From Cyanobium sp. (GTDB lineage Bacteria; Cyanobacteriota; Cyanobacteriia; PCC-6307; Cyanobiaceae): a stretch of 37,275 nt of DNA. This document shows, in pieces, positions 31,498-37,275 of the stretch; the first letter of the stretch is position 1, and each line of letters starts with the position of its first letter. Location of the stretch: NCBI GenBank assembly GCA_040399485.1, contig JBBASD010000002.1, forward strand, positions 7,953 through 45,227, given 5' to 3'. Under the pieces are notes generated by a model that had not been told where the DNA came from, made no database searches, and saw only the letters and a list, made by a program, of their open reading frames with translations. A program made the translations under genes and the position numbers.

Positions 31498-32876
31498 GGC
31501 AGCACCTCAAGGGCCCGCAGCAACCTCTCCCGCAAGGCAGGCCGTGCCAGCAAAGGTGCTGCGGCCGCTTCACCCAGCAGCGGAGCCAGGCCCTCGCTCA
31601 AGCGACTGGCTCCGAGGCACAGGGGCATGAGCACCCCCTGCTGGTCCCCAGCCAGGGCCACAAGGTCGCCATAGTCCCCAGGAGTCTGGATGCAGGTCGC
31701 ACTGGTCACCCGTTCGAGATGGGCAAGGTAGCGGACGGCCAATGGGCCGGAGATTGGGTGATGGAGCCATCGGGGTCGGACGCGGTCAGTAGCTCCTTGG
31801 GCGACCTCAAACGCCAGGGCTCGTTGCCAGCAGGGCCAAGCCCCCAGAAAAGGCAGGACCCGCACCGGTCCCTGCCGGCGCAACGCGGTCGCGATCGCCG
31901 GCACGTCATGGCGCACATGTCCCCCTGGCAGAAGAAAAAGGGGAATCAGTGACAGCGGATCGCCCGGCCGCTCTAAAAGGAGGGGGTTCGTATCGGTGAG
32001 GGCCCGCAGCCTTACTGGTGCACCTCGGCGCTGCTCCAGCTCCGCCGCCAGCGAACGAAGATCAGGAGGAATGAAGCCATCGCCACGCCCATGCACCAGC
32101 AGCAGCAGGGTGCTGACGGGAAGGGCCCGCAGCCTGCGCTGCAGCCGTTCGGCCACAGAGGCCTCAAGGGAACCCCATTCCAGACGAACTAAAGGCGTAC
32201 GGGCGTTGGGCAACCGGGCCAGGCAATCGACCGCCGCGCCCGCCAGTAGGGGGTCCAGATCACTGCACAAGGAGACCAGGGTGCTGCGCAGGGCAGGCAA
32301 GGGCCAGGCACTCAAACCAAGGCTCAACCCCTCCAAAGAGGCATGCCTGACCTGGCGTGGACCCGGTTGCAGGGCCAGCCGTTGCAACAGGGGGAAGTCA
32401 CTGGCCCGCCGCTGGTGTCCCAACAAGGGCAGCAGGAGTGCCTGGCCTGCGGAATCCAACCTCCCTTCCCCCCCATCAGTGAGAGCCACGCCCAACAGGT
32501 CCGCTACAGCCCTGTTGCGGATGTGGCCCACCAGGTTGGGAAGGGATGGCGTTCGTTCGGGGCTTTGCCACCAGAAACGCAGTAGGCGGACGGCGGCATC
32601 CGCGTCGAGCTGGTCCGCCAGCACGGCTAGCAGATCAGCCTCAGGCTCGAGCTCACCGACTTCGATGGCCCGCAGCCACGGTTCCAGCACCAACGGTCTC
32701 TGGCGCCGCAAAGCCAGCAGCCAGGACCAGCGATCGGCATGGCCGGGAGCCGGCAGGGCGCCAGGGTCGGGTTCGAAGGGGGTTTCGGCGGCTGAAGATG
32801 GCACCGGAACGGAACTTGGCCCAAGATTGCTCACCATGACAGCCGGTCGAAGAGCCAGGGGAGAGAACGGTCTCAC
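31494..32876 (-). CDS. HEAT-repeat domain fused to a CbiX/SirB-like chelatase domain
   Basis: Leu/Ala-rich HEAT-like repeats (VRHASLEGL...LAGAAVDCLARL), then LLLLVHG and PLFLLPGGHVRHDVP; 4-nt overlaps with both nirA and cobA. Confidence 0.75.
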   Translation of the reverse strand: MRPFSPLALRPAVMVSNLGPSSVPVPSSAAETPFEPDPGALPAPGHADRWSWLLALRRQRPLVLEPWLRAIEVGELEPEADLLAVLADQLDADAAVRLLRFWWQSPERTPSLPNLVGHIRNRAVADLLGVALTDGGEGRLDSAGQALLLPLLGHQRRASDFPLLQRLALQPGPRQVRHASLEGLSLGLSAWPLPALRSTLVSLCSDLDPLLAGAAVDCLARLPNARTPLVRLEWGSLEASVAERLQRRLRALPVSTLLLLVHGRGDGFIPPDLRSLAAELEQRRGAPVRLRALTDTNPLLLERPGDPLSLIPLFLLPGGHVRHDVPAIATALRRQGPVRVLPFLGAWPCWQRALAFEVAQGATDRVRPRWLHHPISGPLAVRYLAHLERVTSATCIQTPGDYGDLVALAGDQQGVLMPLCLGASRLSEGLAPLLGEAAAAPLLARPALRERLLRALEVLP

Positions 32877-34456
32877 GCCGAGGCATTGCGGCGGCGGGCC
32901 CCGAAACGCTCAACCAACAGAGTCTCGAGAACATCCGGCAGATCGCTGAGCGGCACTGCTTTTTGATGCAAAATTGCCAACTGGGGATCGTCGGCCATGG
33001 AGCCCCCCAGGAAGATCTTGACGGCTTCCACCATCTGACCCTCTTTACGGGCTTTGGTCCCCATCAATCCGATCTGACCCAGATAGGGTTGGCCGCATGC
33101 ATTTGGGCATCCGGTCCAGTGGTTCCTCACCGCATCGGGGAGAACCAAGCGTTGTTCCAGTTCTTCAAGCACCGCTAGGGCCGTGCTTTTAGTCGGTATC
33201 AGGGCCAGTCCGCAGTAATGATTGCCTGTACAGCTGACGGCTTCGACCAGAAGCGGTCCTGGATCACTCGGAAAACGCCGCAGCAAAGGCTCCTCCAGCA
33301 GGGCAGCAGCCCGTTGGGTCGGAACGTCAACAATCAAAACGTTCTGACTCTCACTGAAGCGGAGTTCACCACTGCCGTAGGCACGGGCCAGCTCGACCAA
33401 GGCGTACATGGCAGCGCTGTCGAGCCGTCCCATTGGCACGTTCAAGCCCACCCAACAAAGTTCTGGTTGTTTCTGGGGATGGACTCCACAGACATCCCTC
33501 GGAGCCCTTGACACCAGATGGGAGCCGTCATGCAACACCGCATCCCCAGCGCCACCACCCAAGGCCCGCAGGGTTTCAAGCAGCTCAGCCCGATAGGCAT
33601 CAAGGCCCAGGGACTCAATCAGGTACATCACACGGCTCCTTTGGCGGGTCGCTCGATCCCCATTGCGCTCGTAATGACGCAGCACGGCCAGGGTGAAAAG
33701 CGGCAGCTCCTCGGGTCGCAACCAAAGACTTAGAGGAATCGCCAGTTCATTGCGTTGGGCCGAAAAAAAGCCCCCCACCATGACGGTGAAACCGAGTTCG
33801 CCCTTGCAAAGAGACGGCAAGTAGGCAAGATCGTTGTGGAGCAGAAAGCTGTCGGGGGCCCCACCCACCGCCACGTTGAATTTGCGCGGCAAATTACGGG
33901 GGCCATTGGGTCCCAGCAAAACGTTCTGAATGGCCCCAACCAGGGGCCGAGTATCCACGAGTTCTTCAGGATCGATGCCGGCAAGTGGATTGCCCGTGAT
34001 GTTGCGGGGATTGTCGTGACCCGACTGGCGAGTGGTCAGACCCACTTGCTCCAGGGAATTCATCAAGGGCGCCATGTCCTCCAGCAGAAGACCGCGCAGC
34101 TGAATGTTCTGTCGGGTGGTGATATCAGCACTGCCATGCTCACCACAGCGATCGACCACTTCCGCAAGCACCTCTAGCTGATCGGCGCGGATAACGCCAT
34201 TGGGCAGGCGCAGCCGCACCATGAACCGCCCAGGAGTGACGGGACGAAAAAAAATACCCAACCACTTGAGATGGATGGTGAGGGTGCTCTCATCAAGGGA
34301 TTCCCAGCCACTGCGGGCGATTTCATCAAGACGGGAAGCAAGATCGAGGCCGCAAAAGCTGGACTTCGCCAACTCCACTTTGGTCAAAGGGGGCGTAATG
34401 CCCAGAGGTGTTGCGCCGCCAGCACCATCAACGGCCGCCGCTGGGGAGTCGGACAT
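32873..34456 (-). CDS. nirA: Ferredoxin-nitrite reductase
   Basis: LKWLGIFFRPVTPG, DITTRQNIQLRG, LPRKFN, [4Fe-4S]/siroheme cysteines CTGNHYC and GCPNACG; ATG 34456 chosen. Confidence 0.95.
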   Translation of the reverse strand: MSDSPAAAVDGAGGATPLGITPPLTKVELAKSSFCGLDLASRLDEIARSGWESLDESTLTIHLKWLGIFFRPVTPGRFMVRLRLPNGVIRADQLEVLAEVVDRCGEHGSADITTRQNIQLRGLLLEDMAPLMNSLEQVGLTTRQSGHDNPRNITGNPLAGIDPEELVDTRPLVGAIQNVLLGPNGPRNLPRKFNVAVGGAPDSFLLHNDLAYLPSLCKGELGFTVMVGGFFSAQRNELAIPLSLWLRPEELPLFTLAVLRHYERNGDRATRQRSRVMYLIESLGLDAYRAELLETLRALGGGAGDAVLHDGSHLVSRAPRDVCGVHPQKQPELCWVGLNVPMGRLDSAAMYALVELARAYGSGELRFSESQNVLIVDVPTQRAAALLEEPLLRRFPSDPGPLLVEAVSCTGNHYCGLALIPTKSTALAVLEELEQRLVLPDAVRNHWTGCPNACGQPYLGQIGLMGTKARKEGQMVEAVKIFLGGSMADDPQLAILHQKAVPLSDLPDVLETLLVERFGARRRNASA

Positions 34457-34576
34457 GTCTGGAATCGGGGTGAAGGAGTGGTGATCAAAACCACACCGAG
34501 TCCCAGACTTCAGCCTGGAACTTGAAACCGCCAACGCTCTTAATGACATTATGACCACATCGACTGGATCCTCCCC

Positions 34577-34592
34577 TGTTGCAACCGCTACA
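34577..34592. promoter_or_regulatory. Putative NtcA site between divergent nirA and cnaT-narM-nrtA
   Basis: TGTT-gcaaccgc-TACA (minus strand GTA-N8-AAC; consensus GTA-N8-TAC). On the minus strand CATAAT follows 24 nt downstream, toward nirA. Confidence 0.6.
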
Positions 34593-34614
34593 GAATGCAG
34601 CGACGGATTCGCCA

Positions 34615-35685
34615 GTGGCGTCGCTCGAAGCTCGCCGCCAGGAACGTCTTGAAGCCCTGGGGCCGGATTGCGCCCTGTTCCGAGAACTGATCGGCAAGGT
34701 AGGCAGCGGTGAGCACACCAGCGCCGGTCTCAGTCGCCAAGAGGCCCGTGCAGCGATTGAGCTGATGCTCAATGGAAAGATTGACGCAGCCCAGATGGGC
34801 GCGTTTCTGATCGCACACCGCATCCGCCGGCCGGAGCCTCAAGAACTCACCGGCATGCTGGATGGCTATCGGTCCCTGGGTCCAATACTGACCACTCCGG
34901 AGCGCCGCGCCCTTTGCTTTGGGGTACCTTATGATGGCCGCAGCCGTACTGCCCCAGTGTTGCCACTGCTGGCTCTGACGCTGGCGGCTGCAGGCATTCC
35001 GGTCGTTCTGCACGGCGGAAATCCGATGCCGGTGAAATATGGCATCACCCTGGCCGAGCTGTTCGGCTCCCTCGGCATCGAATGGCGGGGCATCCCTTTA
35101 GCGACTGTGCAGGCCCGTCTTGATAGCCATGGCCTGGCCCTGACCCACCAACCTGACCATTTCCAAGCCGCCGAACGGCTGGTGTTAATCAGGGATCTGA
35201 TCGGCAAACGCCCCCCCATAGCCAGCCTGGAACTGCTCTGGACTCCGCACCAAGGCCAGCGGCTGCTGGTGAGCGGCTTCGTGCATCCACCCACCGAAAC
35301 CCGGGCCTGGGAAGCTCTGGCTGCGGCCGGCGAAACCGACCTTTTAACCGTCAAGGGGCTGGAGGGGTCGACCGATCTACCCACCACCAGGGCCGGGATT
35401 ACGGCCCGGGTGCGCCGAGGCAGCGTGGAACGTATCTTGCTTCACCCCCGTGACCATGGCATCAGCGCGGCTGAGATCCCTTGGACTGGGTTGGAGGATT
35501 GGCAACGAGACGCCCAGTCTGCCCTGAGGGGGGAAGGCCCCTTGGTGGAAGCCTTGCTCTGGAATCTCGGGGCCTACCTTTGGTTGGCGAGTCACCATAG
35601 AGATCTGCCAACGGCCCTGGAGCAGGCCAGAGCTCTCCTGCAAGCCCGCAGCGGCGCCAAGAAATGCTTGGAATTGGCGTCATGA
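34615..35685 (+). CDS. cnaT: Anthranilate phosphoribosyltransferase-like (TrpD2/YbiB) protein, CnaT-like
   Basis: KVGSGEHTS, QMGAFLIAHR, PYDGRSRTAP, RDLIGKRPP, GFVHPPTE, VKGLEGS; nitrate-cluster context. GTG 34615 preferred because TTG 34579 lies inside the NtcA-like site. Confidence 0.75.
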   Translation: MASLEARRQERLEALGPDCALFRELIGKVGSGEHTSAGLSRQEARAAIELMLNGKIDAAQMGAFLIAHRIRRPEPQELTGMLDGYRSLGPILTTPERRALCFGVPYDGRSRTAPVLPLLALTLAAAGIPVVLHGGNPMPVKYGITLAELFGSLGIEWRGIPLATVQARLDSHGLALTHQPDHFQAAERLVLIRDLIGKRPPIASLELLWTPHQGQRLLVSGFVHPPTETRAWEALAAAGETDLLTVKGLEGSTDLPTTRAGITARVRRGSVERILLHPRDHGISAAEIPWTGLEDWQRDAQSALRGEGPLVEALLWNLGAYLWLASHHRDLPTALEQARALLQARSGAKKCLELAS

Positions 35686-36212
35686 GCGATCCCTTCATCC
35701 CCCTGAGTCAAGAGACCATTCACAACAGACTCTTTGAATTCGAAGCGGACTTCAGCGGCGATCTGCGTTGCCTCCCGATGGCGGTACGCCGCAAGCTTGA
35801 TCTGGCGGGAGTGAAGTTGAAACTGGTGCACTGGCATGGCTTGAGCGCAAGAGAACGGCAGAGCCTGCTGCAATGCAAAGATGATGTCCAATCCCTCAAG
35901 GAGATGGGCGATTGGTTGCTGCGGCGCAGCCTCAGCCTTCCCCAAGGACCGGCCAAAGCCTTAGAACCGGCCCGTTCTTGTGCCTGGCAACAAACAGGTA
36001 CTTTGCCTGTAGAGGTGGCACTCTCTTGCGCCCAACTTGGACTGCTGATTGAGCCCCAACGTTGGGCCTACTTAGACGAGTTGCAGAGGTTCGCCCTGAT
36101 TAAACTCAGCCACCCTGGCCATGAGCACCGCAATCTGGCGAAGGCCTTAGGCGAATTCGGACTCCTGGGAGGCTCCTCCACCAAGGGGGCAGGAGAGTCA
36201 CGACTTTCGTAG
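35682..36212 (+). CDS. narM: Nitrate reductase-associated maturation protein
   Basis: FEFEADF..DLRCLPMAVRRKLDLAGVKLKL, LQRFALIKLSHPGHEHRNL; ATGA overlap with cnaT. Confidence 0.9.
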   Translation: MSDPFIPLSQETIHNRLFEFEADFSGDLRCLPMAVRRKLDLAGVKLKLVHWHGLSARERQSLLQCKDDVQSLKEMGDWLLRRSLSLPQGPAKALEPARSCAWQQTGTLPVEVALSCAQLGLLIEPQRWAYLDELQRFALIKLSHPGHEHRNLAKALGEFGLLGGSSTKGAGESRLS

Positions 36213-36250
36213 CCATTGCGACAACCGGGCCTGCCAACCGATGATTTACT
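36209..36250 (+). promoter_or_regulatory. Possible weak NtcA-type promoter for nrtA
   Basis: GTA-gccattgc-GAC (36209-36222), then 22 nt, then TTTACT (36245-36250); each element has one mismatch to GTA-N8-TAC or TAN3T. Confidence 0.3.
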
Positions 36251-36420
36251 CATTAAGTCGGCAAGCTTTGAGCGCCGACTCAGATTTCCTTCACCAGGGC
36301 GCTTCTTTATGGACCCTGGTTTTGGCACACCGGCCGCCCGCTCGCTGCTGTCAGTGCCTATTGAGTGGTTCAACCACAAAACCCAAGCACAAGTCTTAGT
36401 TGGAGATCTTTCTCCACTAA
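36242..36420 (+). ncRNA. Candidate structured cis-regulatory leader RNA upstream of nrtA
   Basis: Five consecutive inverted repeats plus a possible enclosing stem (see findings); no known family recognised. Confidence 0.35.
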
Positions 36421-36451
36421 CCAAGCAAAACACGTCACCCTCTGGTTTGTC

Positions 36452-37275
36452 ATGGCTTCATTTTCGCGGCGCAAGTTTCTGATCACAGCAGCTGGCACAG
36501 CGGCTGGTACGGCCTTATTGGCCGCTTGTGGCGGCCAGAAGCTGACAACTAAATCTGAGTCTGCCTCAACAGGAAGTACTAGCAATGAAGTAAAAGGAGC
36601 AACACTCGGGTTCATTGCACTAACAGACTCTGCCCCATTAATCATTGCCAAAGAAAAGGGTTTGTTTGCAAAGCACGGCATGCCCGAGGTAAAACTCCTC
36701 AAGCAAACCTCCTGGGCCGCAACCCGAGACAATCTTGAGCTTGGCAGTAGTGGTGGGGGAATTGATGGGGCCCATATACTTAGTCCGATGCCCTACTTAC
36801 TGACAGCTGGAAAAATAACAAAGAGTAAACAATCGCTACCTATGTATATCTTGGCGCGTCTGAATCTGCAGGGCCAGGCCATCTCGGCTTCGAATGCCTT
36901 GTTGGATGCCAGGCTCACAATCAACAACAAAGAAGCCCTGGCCAAAGGTGCCAGTAGTCTGGGCAGAAAGCTCAAAGCCGCCGTCACATTTCCTGGGGGC
37001 AACCATGATCTGTGGATGCGCTATTGGTTATCTGCAAATGGCATTGATCCGAACAAAGAAGCCGATTTAGTTGTGGTTCCACCTCCCCAGATGGTGGCCA
37101 ACATGCAGACCGGAACGATGGACTTGTTCTGTGTTGGCGAACCGTGGAACCAGCGCCTGGTTAACAAAAAATTGGGTTATACTGCAGCACAAACAGGCGA
37201 AATCTGGAACAAACATCCGGAAAAATCATTTACGATGCGGGCTGACTGGGTAGACAAGAATCCCAACGCGTCTGT
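36452..37275 (+). CDS. nrtA: Nitrate/nitrite ABC transporter substrate-binding lipoprotein (3'-truncated by the window; not in the ORF track)
   Basis: Translated by hand: MASFSRRKFL (twin-Arg), LAAC lipobox, LGFIALTDSAPLIIAKEKG, GIDGAHILSPMPY, TFPGGNHD, FCVGEPW, HPEK. The His and Lys positions match NrtA rather than CmpA. Confidence 0.88.
   Translation, partial: MASFSRRKFLITAAGTAAGTALLAACGGQKLTTKSESASTGSTSNEVKGATLGFIALTDSAPLIIAKEKGLFAKHGMPEVKLLKQTSWAATRDNLELGSSGGGIDGAHILSPMPYLLTAGKITKSKQSLPMYILARLNLQGQAISASNALLDARLTINNKEALAKGASSLGRKLKAAVTFPGGNHDLWMRYWLSANGIDPNKEADLVVVPPPQMVANMQTGTMDLFCVGEPWNQRLVNKKLGYTAAQTGEIWNKHPEKSFTMRADWVDKNPNAS

Noticed and set aside
34615-35685. Calling this gene trpD
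   Set aside because: Lacks the TrpD GTGGD and KHGN motifs; motifs and context fit TrpD2/CnaT.
36452-37275. Calling this gene cmpA (bicarbonate binding)
   Set aside because: It has LTD, NHD and HPEK as in NrtA and lies beside narM and nirA; a cyanate-binding role cannot be fully excluded without a tree.

Overview
GC-rich DNA from an alpha-type picocyanobacterium (Cyanobium/Synechococcus-like; inferred from chlH, a proteobacterial-type phosphoribulokinase and the gene order). Most of the window is core genome: chlH, then a long minus-strand run (oxidoreductase, accD, pilD, prk, leuB, lpxD, proB, yqeG, DUF3727, ruvX, GNAT-like, F420-ligase-like). Next come a PIN-PhoH / double-Cache / DUF2079 block, fumC, a thioredoxin-like gene, DUF3685, furC, hisA, a CSP41-like gene, a lower-GC patch (HpsJ-like gene plus a probable OafA acyltransferase relic) and a Ski2/HelY helicase. 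The right end is a nitrate/nitrite assimilation cluster: cobA, a HEAT-repeat/CbiX(SirB) fusion and nirA on the minus strand, and cnaT-like, narM and nrtA (truncated by the window) on the plus strand. The best candidates for something new are in that cluster: structured 5' leaders on nirA and nrtA that share short motifs, and the HEAT-CbiX fusion. I found no tRNA, rRNA, CRISPR array or transposase. All calls come from motif recognition by eye; no searches or folding programs were run.
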